Below are positions 23,665 through 36,995 of a stretch of 64,000 nt of DNA, one piece after another. A program made the position numbers and the translations under genes. The stretch spans positions 42,904,001 to 42,968,000 of the forward strand of contig OZ024740.1 of assembly GCA_964016885.1 (NCBI GenBank), written 5' to 3'. How positions within the stretch are numbered: position 1 is the first letter of the stretch; each line of letters opens with the position of its first letter. Under the pieces are notes generated by a model. It ran no database searches and was not told the origin of the DNA. It was given only the letters and a program-made list of their open reading frames with translations. This DNA is from Eledone cirrhosa (Eukaryota).

Positions 23665-23890
23665 ATATATTCACCGTTCCTCCAGCTCACTCAGATGGTC
23701 AGAATGTATTGTGCTTGTAATTCAGTCATCTTTCTCGCACACTCTGGAAAATTGAATCTTCCTTGAAAACTAAGTGAAGGTGAATGTGGTTGTGGAATGC
23801 TCAGCCAATTATCCGCCAATTTCACAAGTAGGTTATTTCATTGTTCGATCATCTGGAACACATATCGTCGGAACCGTCGGAGGTCCAACA
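23665..23890 (+). mobile_element. Degenerate SINE body/tail (CORE-type-like)
   Basis: ttcaccgttcctccagctcactcag resembles ttcacgttgctccagt of family 2; tail assignment is from memory. Confidence 0.4.
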
Positions 23891-24848
23891 CACGTCTATC
23901 CCACTCCCTTCTCCTAAAGAGAATTAACCTTTCAATAAATAGACTAGGTGAATAAAATAAGTACTAGAGTAATTATTAGGACCAATATATTCTCTTAAAC
24001 CCCATTGATAGCGATGGCCCATAACGACAGTAGTAACATTACTGAAACCAGTTAGTGTAAAAAATAAAATGAATATCATATGAAAAGTCGTGGTGTTAAA
24101 AAAGAGTGTATTGTAAGATGTAAATCTGTGTCAAAGAAATATGACAATTCCACCTTTATACTGTAAAAGTGCCATAGCTTGTTTAGAAAATCTTCGAAAC
24201 GAAAATATTAAAAATTGGAGGGCTTGCAGATTGGTGTTTGCCTGATTCAATCCCGTGTGAAATTTCACAAACTTTTATACGGATTAGGAAGTTCACAAGC
24301 AAAGGTGTGCACATGTTCACTAAGCTAATAGAAACATTTCTGTGATACAGTCTTAAGACATTACGTGGAGGGTAACCATCCCTTAGATGATAACACGGTG
24401 TTACTGATGAAAATACATTCCCGCTTAAAAATTTTGTTAAACTTATCTCATAGTCTATAGTCAGTCGTCTTTCATATCAAGTTACTATCTAGGTATAGAA
24501 AATGTTTTAGAGAAAAACTCTACTAATTTGGTGAGTGCAACGTGTTTGAAAATTGGATTACGTATTAAAGAAGCAGATCATTTATTCAATAAGAATCACT
24601 TGGACTTTACTCACAAATTAATTTCAATGGCACCTATTAGTCTCACTGAGTGTGCAATTAAAAAATGTATGAACAGTATTAGATTTGTAATCTGTATCAG
24701 TTATAATTGCTCTTGAATATTTTAGCGGATGCTTTAATGGAAAATATATTTTCTCATTACTTAAAACGAATCTTAAATGTGTTGTAGTGTGTGTTGTTTA
24801 ACACCAAGTCCAACCAGATCCAACACGCCTATTATCAAAATGTATACC

Positions 24849-25048
24849 TGTCAAGGGTATCCGTCTGTTGCTTTAGATATAATGTAACTGAAACTACACA
24901 ACTGTCACCCATCTGTTGGTTTAGATATAGTGTAACTGAAATTACGCAACTGTCACCCCTCTGCTGCTTCAGATGTAGTGTGACTGATCTAACTCAACTG
25001 TCACCCATCTGTTGGTTTAGATGTAATGTAACTAGAACAACCCAACTA
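24849..25048. repeat. 48-bp minisatellite, ~4 copies
   Basis: ctgtcaccc starts at 24902, 24950, 24998. Confidence 0.9.
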
Positions 25049-25112
25049 AACGTGTATTTGTAATAGTTGATTTACATTTAAGCGGTATTTCTGCGTAGAT
25101 AATCTCACGTCA

Positions 25113-25390
25113 AATCACTCCAGACAGTCGGATCACACTGAATAGTCGGATCAGGTTGAATAGTCGGATCACTCTAGACAATCGGATCACGCTGAATAGT
25201 TGGATCACTCTAGACAGTCGGATCACACTGAAAAGTCGGATCACGCTGAATAGTTGGACCACTCTAGAGTGTCGGATCACACTGAATAGTCGGATCACTC
25301 TAGACAGTCGGATCACACTGAATAGTCGGATCATGCTGGATAGTCGGATCACGCTGGATAGTCGGATCACGCTGAATAGTCGGATCACCT
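25113..25390. repeat. 18-bp minisatellite, ~15 copies (gaatagtcggatcacact / agacagtcggatcactct)
   Basis: Directly visible; explains the SRITLN repeat ORF. Confidence 0.95.
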
Positions 25391-25921
25391 TAAATATGTA
25401 GATATTCGAAAAGAAAAAAAAAAGGAACATGATAAATTTGTAATAATTGGAAAAGTAAAAAGTAGTATAATATTAATGTAATAAATGCGAAAACCTTTTA
25501 ACATCTCATATATTATCGTTAACATCATTTATAATCTAATTTCATGTTAATGCATAGATGAGAGAGGATCACTGCACGTTCGGATTCATTTCTGTATAGG
25601 GAAGGAGAATCTCATGTTTTCATTTTTCCGATTATTCAACGAATAATCAAACATTCCTGCAAAAACTATTACAATGCAAGTGAAGATATACAAATATGTA
25701 TCTATACTTGAACATAAATATCAGAACATCCTTTATCTATGACCCAGACGTTTTTTTTTTTGTTGCATATCCGCAATACGGTAGATGCATTGAGGAGTGG
25801 AATTAATTGATATTTTATGACTTACACGATGGTCTGGAGAGTATTAAGCACCAGACAAAGATGTCAACGACTCAAATATCTACGACACATCAAGATGGAA
25901 GGGGATCTACACTGATACGTC

Positions 25922-26038
25922 CATGACGCAAATAACATGACACATCCAAATAACATGACACATCCAAATAACTTGACACATCCAAATAACATGACACATT
26001 CAAATAACATGACACATCCAAATAACATGACACATCCA
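25922..26038. repeat. 18-bp minisatellite, ~6 copies (aataacatgacacatcca)
   Basis: Directly visible; explains the MTHPNN repeat ORF. Confidence 0.95.
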
Positions 26039-26937
26039 GAGGATGCTATTTTCCATGCAATACAGAATGAGATCCTGTTAATGGCAAGATGGCTAATGCG
26101 TATTATCGTTGTAATCAAAACAACCAGAATCCAAAAATTACATTGTTTCTTGCGAACATTTCCCTAACTAGCAAGAAAATTTAATTATCACCTTCTTAAC
26201 GGGATGATATGTGCATTTAAATATACCGGAAGGAAATATTCCGCACACGTTATTTAGATAATTGATCCTGCATTTCGGCTTTCAACGGAAGCAAAGTAAA
26301 CACGGTATATTAGCTGTAGTTCAGCTCAATCATTATTTCTATAGATACGAAGCGAAATCTTCAATACGTGGCATTTAATCTATTCAACTATCGGGAATGT
26401 TCTTTTTATTCTAGCAAACTCTTATATAACCGAGTTAGTTAAATTGCAGGGGCAAGTAAAGTAATGTATCTAGATAAACATTAATATTAAAGTATAATCT
26501 ACATAGAATCTCTCATCTACCGGCATCCAATTACCGTTCTTAAATGTTTTGTTTCTTCACTGAACTTTGAAATAACCTTCTATAGAACCAATAAAAATGT
26601 ATTAATTATTACAAACGATAATACGAACATGAATAGATTTGAGATCGTCGATCAGTTTAATTTAAAACTCAACTATGAACTTTAATATAATGAAAGTTTT
26701 ACAGAATCTTGCATTAAGGAAGTCGAATCATCCTGATAATCATGACCCTGATGATGATGATTATCTCCATCACCATCATCCGCATTCTCTTCCTCCTCCA
26801 ACTCTTCCTCGTCGTCACATTAACCATCATCATCAACAAAGGTGTTGCCGATTTCAAGATATGCAACCATGAAGGTTTTATTACCATCGTTGTCATCATA
26901 ATTATTAATACTTCTTCATGTTCATTATTAATCGGTA

Positions 26938-27110
26938 GGGCGGTGGATTGGCAGTATCGGTAGAGAGTCGGACACCATGCTTTGGTCCCTTTATGATCTG
27001 AGTTCAAATCCCGCCGAGGTTAACTTTGCCTTTCATCCTTACGGGGTCGATAAAATAAAGTACCAGTAATACACTGGGTATTTGCTGGCCTTGTGCCAAA
27101 AGTAGAAAGA
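26938..27110 (+). mobile_element. SINE family 1
   Basis: Near-identical to 22846-23034; flanked by direct repeat attattaatcgg. Confidence 0.9.
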
Positions 27111-27118
27111 ATTATTAA

Positions 27119-27299
27119 TCGGCAGAGGGTCTGACATGCTTTCCAGCATAGTTATGTCCCTTTACGATCTGAGTTCAAATCCCACCGAGGTTAACTTTGT
27201 CTTGCACACTTACGGGGTCGATAAAATAAAGTACGAGTAATGTACTGGATAATTGCTGGCCTTGCGCCAAAAGTAGAAACAATTATTATTATTATTATT
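27119..27299 (+). mobile_element. SINE family 1, 5'-truncated, with (ATT)n tail
   Basis: gttcaaatcccaccgaggttaactttg..ccaaaagtagaaacaattattatt. Confidence 0.88.
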
Positions 27300-27302
27300 G
27301 TA

Positions 27303-30300
27303 CTTCAGTCTCAGTCATTGATGTTATTTAACTGGAAAGTTTGTTGAAATGAATATCAAGCCACTACCTGCAGCCTCAGATATTTAGGACGTATCGGAGG
27401 GTTCTTGCTGTTCCCAGCAAGCATGCCTTTTGAAGTGTTCCAAAAGGCGGGGCTGAACAAATTTTCTTTAACCATCCTTAGAAACTCTTTGAGATAGTAC
27501 CTAGTGCGCCTATGACAATCGGGACCACTTTGACTTCATGGCAGTTCCAAATCCTTTTTACCTCCCACTTTAAGTCCTGGTATCGGTTAATTTTATCCCT
27601 CTCCTTCTCTTGCACTTTCGACGTGTCGAATGGGCAGGCCACATCCACAATCAGGCACGATCTTTTTTCCTTGTCCAAAACCACCAGGTCAGGTCTATTG
27701 TGTTCCAGTTTCTTGTCCGTCTGTATCCTAAAATCCCACAGTACCTTCACCTGATCGTTTTCTATCACCGACTCTGGCTTATGCTCATACCACTTCTCAG
27801 AATGTGGTAAATTGTTTACTTCGCATAGGTGCCAGTGGATCACCCTGCCCATCACATCATATCTCCAGCCTTTATAGTGAGTCTGGGCTAGGTGTTTACA
27901 CTCGGATACAATGTGAACCACAGTATCCTCTCTCTCTCCACAGATCCTGCACAGTGGGCTATGCTCCTCCTTGTAAATATGGTGTTTCAGCCACTTCGTT
28001 TTGAGGGCTTGCTCTTGCGCAGCCATTAGCATTCCTTCTGTAGCCTTTTTAGGTCTCCTCTTTTCAACCAGTTCCATGTCTGTGGATCTTTGAATTCAGT
28101 TTTCTCAAAGAAGGTACTATGAAGGGATTTTCATGAAGGTTGCTCTTTCTCCTTGTTGTTATTTCCTCCTTGGACATCCCCTGGTCTATTGTCCTCGCCT
28201 TCAGTACAATTCTGAGCATTGGCTCCTTACTATCAGTCACGTATTTGTGTAGGTCGTTTTTCTCCATTTGAACACAGTCTTCTATACTGATAAGACCTCT
28301 TCCACCTTCAGATCTCCTTAAGTAGAGTCTATCGACATCACTCCTCTTGTGGAACATATTGTAGATAGTCAATAGCTTCCTAGTCTTCCTATCCATTTCG
28401 TTTTGTTCAGCAACATTCCATCTCAGAATTCCCGCACTGTACCTAATAATAGACACAGCTTGGGAATTTACTGCACTTATGGCATTCCTGCTGTTCCGAT
28501 GAGACCTTAATACGCTCCTTACTCTCCGAATGTATTCAGATCTTATCAATTCCTTCATTGTTTTCGTTCTTGATGTCATCAGCCTCCAGAACAGCCAAAT
28601 ACTTGTAACGTTCTTTAGTGTCAATTTCCTTTATCATCTCACCTGTTGTTACCTGGATTCCGTTGCTTATGCTCATTTTACCCCACTTCATCACAAGGAC
28701 TCCACACTTACTAATACCAAATTGCATACATATATCATTGCTGAAAATACGGACAGTGTCAACAAGCACATCCAACTCCTTCTCACTCTTCCCGAAGAGC
28801 TTAAGATCGTCCATGAAGAGGAGGTGATTGATGGTAAGCTCTCCCTTTCCCAACTTGTATCCTGCTTTCACTTTTCGCAGTATAATGGTCAGGGGCATCA
28901 GGGCAAGGACAAACAACAGAGGGGACAGATACCTCTCTTGATCTTTACGCCTCCTAAGGATTCTCCAGCTGATGTTAACTCTGTTTTCCAGGACTTCATA
29001 CTTTTGCTCAACAACTGTCTGCTGTTATCTGCCACCTTAAAGAGTGTGCCTATTCCTAATCTCATTTTGTACTGTCTCAATCCACATTGCCTGGTCATTA
29101 TGTTTAACATCCTGCTCCCATATTCCTCTCCAGAATGTCTTAGTTTGTTCCGCCTCAGGGATCAAGTCGTTGCCTCTTTCTTTCGCTTCAAGCTATCCAA
29201 ACAACATATTCTGGTTGTTGTGAAACATGCGGTTCTGTCTATACTCACTGACTCTGCTCTCGTATCGTCTAATTTTTGCACTCTTTGCTACAATGCGTTG
29301 CTTCAGTTCCTCTATGATAATATTTAGCCTTTTCCTCCTAGTTTTGTACTTTATTTCCAGTCTATTTTTAGTGTCTATGTTTTTTAGTGTCCCATTCAGT
29401 AGCGACTCAAGCTTTCCAATGTCATTTCTCATTTCCCTGATTTGACCATTCAGTCGTATCTTCCACCAAGGTTCTGATCTTTCTTGTTTGTTGTTTGCTC
29501 TCGCTTTTATGACAAGTAATTTCCTCAGCGCATTTGCTGCTGCTTTGAGGATATTGTTGCACTGGTGAAGGCTCCTCGCCTTAAGATATGGGATGACTTT
29601 GTTTACCTTAGCTGTTGTTTCTTTTAACTTTCTTCTGTCTACAAATCTTAGGTTCATACGTTTCCCACTATCATTGATCATTTCATCTACCACTAAGTTT
29701 AGGATATCAACCAAATCTTGCCCTAGCCCGTCAGCATTCATCTCCTCAATGGCCGTATCTTTGTTCCAGGTATTATTTATTTCAGCATTCAGATCATTGT
29801 CTGCTTCGGATGGTTCCTCCGTTCTCTCAACCTCTTCACCTTCATTTCCCACTGCCTCGTTTTCCTGGCATACTCCACTCTCCATTTAAAACCTAATGTC
29901 TCGGCTCAGTTCCTCCAGTTCCAGCTCGCTTATCCACCCATTAGTTCTTATTACCGGAGCCTGTCCGGCCAATTTTTGTTCATCTAATTTAAATAGACCA
30001 ATCTCGTTCCAGATGTTATGCATCCGTTTCCTATAGCCTTTTTCCTTGGGGTTACTCTTCAGGTAACATTGCATAACAGTCCTATTCAATTCTTTCGTCC
30101 AGTTAGTTCTGGTCCCTTTCCTTCTTCCTCCGACACCAGCAGTATTTGGTTGACAGCCAGGTCCCTGCTGCTGAGCCAGGGAGCACCTGCTGGGTGAGAG
30201 TCTGTCACATGACATTCCATCTCCACTTCACCGTTATTCGAACTGTTTATGTTCGACATTGAAACACTCTTATAGAGGATTGGTGAATATATGGTTACAT

Positions 30301-30506
30301 AACCACCGGTGATTTCATCACCTCCGATGATTTCATCACCTCCGATGATTTCATCACCTCCGATGATTTCATCACCTCCGATGATTTCATCACCTCCGGT
30401 GATTTGATCACCCTCGGTGATTTTAGCGTGGCACTATCACGCTGTAGACGAACATAAATAAACAAACAAACAAATAGGTAAAAAACACCAAAATAAGCAT
30501 AAGTTT
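27303..30506 (-). mobile_element. R4/Dong-clade non-LTR retrotransposon family a, copy A (frameshifted, ~0.5-kb internal deletion near 29045)
   Basis: LLFMDD RT motif, CRICGEREDTVVHIVSEC zinc motif, NRPDL..DVACP..KINRY REL endonuclease; ORF remnant 27376-30259; (ATT)n flanks. Confidence 0.9.
30306..30424. repeat. 18-bp tandem repeat (~6.5x, ccgatgatttcatcacct) in the 5' UTR of Dong copy A
   Basis: Directly visible; only ~1.5-2 units at the matching site of copy B (34098-34126). Confidence 0.92.
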
Positions 30507-30513
30507 ATTATTA

Positions 30514-30548
<35 letters not shown>

Positions 30549-30549
<1 letters not shown>

Positions 30550-33500
30550 TTTGAGTCACAGTCATTGATGTTAGTTAATTGGAAAGTTTGTTGAAATGAA
30601 TATCAAGCCACTACCTGCAGCCTCAGATATTCAGGACGTATCGGAGGGTTCTTGCTGTTCCCAGCAAGCATGCCTTTTGAAGCGTTCCAAAAAGCGTGAA
30701 GGGGCCAATTTTCTTTAACCATAGCTGGAAACCTTTTGAGATACTACCTAGTGCGTCTATGACAATCGGGACCACTTTGACTTCATGGCAGTTCCAAATC
30801 CTTTTTACCCCCCCCCCCCACTATAAGTCCTGGTATCGGTTAATTTTCTCCCTCTCCTTCTCTTGCACTCTCGTGTCGAATGGGCAGGCCACATCCACAA
30901 TCAGGCACGATCTTTTTTCTTTGTTCAAAACCACCATGTCAGGTCTATTATGTTCCAGTTTCTTGTCCGTCTGTATGCTAAAATACCACAGCACCTTCAG
31001 CTGATCGTTTTCCATCACCGATTCTGGGTTATGCACATACCACTTCTCAGAATGTGGTAAATTGTTTACTTTGCATTGGTGCCAGTGGATCACCCTGCCT
31101 ATCACATCATGTCTCCAGCCTTTATAGTGAGTCTGGGCTAGGTGTTTACACTCGGATACAATGTGAGCCACAGTCCCCTCTCTCTCTCCACAGATCCAGC
31201 ACAGTGGGCTAGCCTCCTCCTTGTAAATATGGTGTTTCAACCACTTCGTTTTGAGGGCCTGCTCTTGCGCAGCCATTAACATTCCTTCTGTAGCCTTTTT
31301 AAGGTCTCCTCTTTTCAACCAGTTCTATGTCTGTGGATCTCTGAATTCAGTTTTCTCAAAGAAGGTACTATGAAGGGATTTTTCCTGGAGGCTGCTCTTT
31401 CTCCTTGATGTTATTTCCTCCTTGGACATCCCCTGGTCTATTGTCCTCTCCTTCAGTACAGTGCTGAGCATTGGCTCCTTACTATCAGTCACGTATTTGT
31501 CTAGGTTGTTTTTCTCCATCTGAACACAGTCCTCTATGCTGATAAAACCTCTTTCACCTTCAGATCTCCTTAAGTAGAGTCTATCGACATCACTCCTCTT
31601 GTGGAACATGTTGTAGCTAGTCAATAGCTTCCTAGTCTTCCTATCCATTTCTTTTTGTTCAGCATCATTCCATTTCAGAATTCCCACACTGTACCTAATA
31701 ATAGACACAGCTCGGGAATTTACTGCACTTATGGCATTCCTAGTGTTCAGATGTGACTTTAATACGCTCCTTACTCTCCGAATGTATTCAGTTCTTATCA
31801 ATTCCTTCATTTTTTTGTTCTTGATGTCATCAGCCTCCAGAACACCCAATTACTTATATCCTTCTTCAGTGTCAATTTCCTTTATCAACTCACCTGTTGG
31901 TACCTGGATTCCGTTGCTTCTACTCAATTTACCCCTCTTCATCACAAGGACGCCACACTTACTAATACCAAATTGCATACATATATCATTGCTGAAAATA
32001 CGGACAGTGTCAACAAGCACACCCAACTCCTTCTCACTCTTCCCGAAGAGCTTAAGATCGTCCATGAAGAGGAGGTGATTGATGGTAAGCCCTCCCTTTC
32101 CCAACCTGTATCTTGCTCTCACTTTTCGCAGTATACTCGTCAGGGGCATCAGGTCAAGGACAAACAACAGAGGGGACAGACTATCTCCCTGGAAGATACC
32201 TCTCTTGATCTTCACGCTTCCCAAGGATTCTCCAGCTGATGTTAACTGTTTCCCAGGACTTCATACTTTTGCCAAACAACTGCCTGATGTTATCTGCCAC
32301 CCTGAAGATCTCCAGACTTTTGGTGATCCAAGAATGAGGCACCATGTCAAATGCCTTTTTGTAGTCTATCCATCCCATGGCAAGACCAGTGTGTCTCTTC
32401 TTGCAATTCCTCATTACCATCTTATCAATAAGTAACTGGTCCTTTGTACCACGGGACTTCTTTCGGCATCCTTTCTGTTCGTCCGGTAACAAGTTGTTTG
32501 TGTGGAGATGATGGTAGATTTCCTCAGACATAATGCTTGTCGACAGTTTCCACATTACGGACAGACATGTGATAGGTCTATAGTTGGTAACATCATTACC
32601 CTTGATTCGGTCTTTCATTATCAGAACTGTGGTACCTTTTGTCAACCACTCTGGTACCTCACCTGACATCAAACAGTCATTGAACATGGTTGTCAGTTTC
32701 GGGTGGAGGGATGTTATATTTTTAATCCAATACCCCTGCACACCATCTGGGCCTGGTGATATCCAGTTGGTTAGTTTTTTGGCCTGCCCCTTAAGAGTTT
32801 CAACTGTGATACTCAAATCAGTTTGTTGGTGTGCCTATTCACTAATCTCCTTCTGCACTGTCTCAATCCACACTGCCTGGTCATTATGTTTAACATCCTG
32901 CTCCCATATTCCTCTCCAGAATATTTTAGTTTGTTCCGCCTCAGGGATCAAGTCGTTGTCTCTTTATTTCCCTTCAAGCTGTCTAAACAGCATCTTCTGG
33001 TTGTTGTCAAACATGCGGTTCTGTCTATACTGAGAGACTCTGTTCTCGTATCGCCTGATTTTTGCACTCTTTGCTACAAGGCGTTGCTTCAGGTCCTCTA
33101 TAATAATATTTAGCTTTTTCCTCCTAGTTTTGTACTTTATTTCCAGTCTATTTTTAGTGTCTATGTTTTTAGTGTCCCATTCAGTAGGGACTCAAGCTTT
33201 CCAATGTCATTTCTCATTTCCCTGATTTGACCACTCAGTCGTTTCTTCCACCAAGGCTCTGCTCTTTCTTGTTTGTTGTTTCCTCTCGCTTTTATACCAA
33301 GTAATTTCCTCACCGTATTTGCTGTTGCTTTGAGGATATTGTTGCACTGGTGAAGGCTCCTCGCCTCAAGGTATGGGATGACTTTGTTTACCTTAGCTGT
33401 TGTTACTTTCAACTTTTTCCTGTCTACAAATCTTAGGTTCATAGATTTCCCACTATCATTGATCAATTCATCTACCACTAAGTTTAGGATATCAACCAAA

Positions 33501-34340
33501 TCTTGTCCTAGCCCGTCAGCATTCATCTCCTCAGTGGCCGTATCTCTGTTCCAGGTATTATTTATTTCAGCATTAAGATCATTGTCTGCTTCGGATGGTT
33601 CCTCCGTTCTCTCGACCTCATCACCTTCATTTCCCACTGGCTCGTTTGCCTGGCATACTCCACTCTCCATTTCCTAGCTAATCTCTCTGCTCAGTTTCTC
33701 CCGTTCCAGCTCGCTTATCCACCCATTAGTTCTTATTACCCGAGCCTGCCCGGCCAATTTTTGTTCATCTAATTTAAATAGACCAATCTCGTTCCAGATG
33801 TTATGCATCCGTTTCCTATAGCCTTTCTCCTTGGGGTTACTCTTCAGGTAACATTGCATAACAGTTCTATTCAATTCTTTCGTCCAGTTGGTTCTGGTCC
33901 CTTTCCTTCTTCTTCTTCCTCCGACACCCGCAGTATTTGGTTGACAGCCAGGTCCCCTCTGCTGAGCCAGGGAGCACCTATTGGGTGAGAGTCTGTCACA
34001 TGACATTCTAGTCTCCACTTCACCGTTATTCGAACTGTTTAGGTTCGACATTTAAACACTCTTATCGAGGATTGGCGAATGTATGGTTACATAAACACCG
34101 GTGATTTCGTCACTCCCGGTGATTTTTGTGTGGCATTATCACGTTGTAGACGAACATAAATAAACAAACAAACAAACAGGCAGCATAAAAACCCCAAAAA
34201 TGAATAAGCTTAAGTTTCATTGTAATGTAATGTTTGAATGTCTGACATTACTATGAAAATTATGCTTATTCTTTTTTTTTTTTTTTTGCCTGTTTGTTTG
34301 TTTGTTTATTTATGTTCGTCTACAGCGTGATAATGCCATT
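30549..34340 (-). mobile_element. R4/Dong-clade family a, copy B (near full length, stops and frameshifts)
   Basis: ORF remnant 30623-34051: SPGPDG, NYRPITCL, WIDYKKAFD, GIFQGDSLSP, FMDD, RHD, NRPD; highly similar to copy A. Confidence 0.92.
34130..34340. repeat. ~210-bp palindrome at the 5' end of Dong copy B
   Basis: ggcattatcacgttgtagacgaacataaataaacaaac.. pairs with ..gtttgtttatttatgttcgtctacagcgtgataatgcc. Confidence 0.88.
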
Positions 34341-34371
34341 ATTATTATTATTATTATTATTGTTGTTATTA

Positions 34372-34775
34372 CTCTTTGAGTCTCAGTCATTGATGTTAGT
34401 TAACTGGAAAGTTTGTTGAAATGAATATCAAGCCACTACCTGCAGCTTCAGATATTCAGGACGTATCGGAGGGTTCTTGCTGTTCCCAGCAAGCATGCCT
34501 TTTGAAGCGTTCCAAAAAGCGTGAAGGGGCCAATTTTCTTTAACCATCCCTGGAAACTTTTTGAGATAGTCCCTAGTGCGCCTTTGACAATCGGAAGCAC
34601 TTTGACTTCATTGCAGTTCCAAATCCTTTTTACCTCCCACTTTAAGTCCTGGTATCGGTTAATTTTATCCCTCTCCTTCTCTTGCACTCTCGTGTCGAAT
34701 GGGCAGGCCACATCCACAATCAGGCACGATCTTTTTTCTTTGTCAGGTCTATTGTGTTCCAGTTTCTTGTCCGTT
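34372..34775 (-). mobile_element. R4/Dong-clade family a, copy C (5'-truncated 3' end)
   Basis: DVACPFDTRVQEKERDKINRYQDL..LRYVLNI plus the shared 3' UTR; (ATT)n flanks. Confidence 0.9.
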
Positions 34776-34789
34776 TATTATTATTATCA

Positions 34790-34826
<37 letters not shown>

Positions 34827-35051
34827 GATTATTATCATTGGCGACCTACGTAGAAAATCGTATTATCGTGAGCTCCGCAAAGGTTTGTTATTTTCAGTTG
34901 TTTAAAATTGCCATTTATGGAAAATTTTTATTTTTATAAGTGCACATACATTGTTTTCTGAAAAGGTGAAAAGGACACTCAAAAAGATTGGGGCCTTGAG
35001 CCCAAAATTAAAACTTTTATAATTATGAAACAAAAATTTCTTTGAAAAATC

Positions 35052-36961
35052 ATGGACGACTCAGTGTCACACCTTCCTCACAAACTAACACCTCACACCG
35101 ACAACACCATTGTAAATATTACTACGTTTGCCAACAATAAAAATATAAGCAGTAGCAATATTTTAAATTTGTCTCAGGCAGACATTCATTTCCCGCCCTT
35201 ACCAATGACTGCAGGTGGTAAAGCCGCCATCCCCACCACCACCACAGCGACAACAGAAACAAAAGAAAAAAATAAATTAACTCGTGATATCGAAATGAAT
35301 TCAACCAAAATGAACTCTTCCACATCGAACACCACTCACGCCACCACCACCACAACTGAAACTAAAATTAACAATAACAAAAATAACGATAACAACAACA
35401 GCAACAATGACATTAAGAAAACTACCCTGAGTTTTGCCAGAGTAGCAAAAAAGTGCGAAGCATTTCAGGTAACTCAGTTGGAATTAGAAGAAGCCCCCAA
35501 AATGGTAAAGAAAGATGGGTACAGGGTCAGCCTCACTCCCCCATCCACACACCTAATAAAATGGAGCATTGGCGCCTATGCACCGTCTCTTATCGGACGA
35601 TTAACATAAAATCAGGCCGAGTGGAACGGGCATCCGAGTCCCAAATCCAAAAAGCTTTGGGACATGTGTGGGCAAAAAAAACCCCACATCAGACGTGGGC
35701 AGAAATATGGAATCGTGGACGTGTTCTTTGAAACACCACAGGAGGCCAGAGAACACTCTATGGCCCCATTAAGAAGTGACGACTTCACACTCATCCCAAG
35801 CTATAGTGGATAGAGATTCGTGAAGATCAGGGTGACCCACGTTCCACCGGCCATCGAAATTCCCTGGCTAATAGCTGCCGTCCTCGCCGGCATCGAGGCC
35901 AACACCAAGATAATCGAAATAGCGAAAGAAAAGCATAACTGGTCGGGATCTGGGATGGAGCTCCTGATCCAAGCGGACCAAAAAAGCATTGGGGAGATCC
36001 CAGAGGTAATAGACCTCACTGACGGCAGCCACCTCACCGTAATCGTCGAGGTCAGAAGGCCTAGGTGTGTCGTTTGTGGTGAAGGAACCAACCTAAGGGC
36101 TTTCTGCCCTCAGGCTAAAAGGTTGAGGCTACCTCTCTTACCCACCCCAGTGACTCAACCATCAACACCACCAGCCGCAGAAATGGCAGCAACAACAGAA
36201 GCAACTGTAACAGCAACAACCCCACCAACAGTAGCAAAACCACCACCACCACCACCCAACGCGCCAGAACTAGCACCAGCGCCTACACCATCCACCACGC
36301 CACAACCAAAACCAACGCCTGCGGAGGATTTTCCACTCCACGACCTATCGCAACTGGAGACAGTTTGTGACGACGAGGAGTGGGAAACGGTATCAGTAAA
36401 AATGAAAAAAAGGAAAAAGAAACCAAAAAAGAAAAAAATTCTCTTCCTTCCCCCTCCAAAAACAAAATACAGAGGGAAACATATAAACTATCAAAGAAAA
36501 AAGTTAGGACAGCTATGCCACCATCCACACCAGCATCACCAACCCCATCACCACAAACACCAATACCATCACCATCATTAACCCCAACACCACAAAACTC
36601 ACCAAAAAGCGAAACAGAAACAAACCCACAACAAACGCAAACAAAACAAAACAACCAAAACGATACACACTACACAGCATTAAATTTGAACAACAACCAA
36701 TTATTACACTACATCCAACACAACACCAGCATCACAGAAAAAGACTACACAACAACCCAAAAGTTCACACCACCTGCACACATACAAATCACTCGCATCA
36801 CACAGAAAACGTACACGACACTAAAACAAAAATTCCCCAAAGACATCGGAGACTTCCGACAAGCACTCTCCAGGAGGATTTATAAGGACATCCTTCCGGA
36901 GAGGGCCACAAGCAGTGAAAAGGATGGAGAAAGCATCCTTCCTCTACGAGAAGTAAGGTAA
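35052..36961 (+). pseudogene. Tx1/L1 ORF1 (gag-like), frameshifted
   Basis: LSFARVAK motif, degenerate zinc knuckle CVVCGEGTNLRAFC, Pro/Thr-rich tract, EEWETV..KKRKKK; split over ~4 ORFs. Confidence 0.75.
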
Positions 36962-36995
36962 GTGGTCTTTCCCATCTTTTCCACTCCATTTCAAC

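Noticed and set aside
25113-25390. Regular short repeats as a CRISPR array (also 24849, 30306, 53269)
   Set aside because: Head-to-tail tandem units with no unique spacers, no cas genes, eukaryotic context
26675-26963. His/Asp-rich ORFs
   Set aside because: Degenerate (CAT/GAT)n low-complexity sequence
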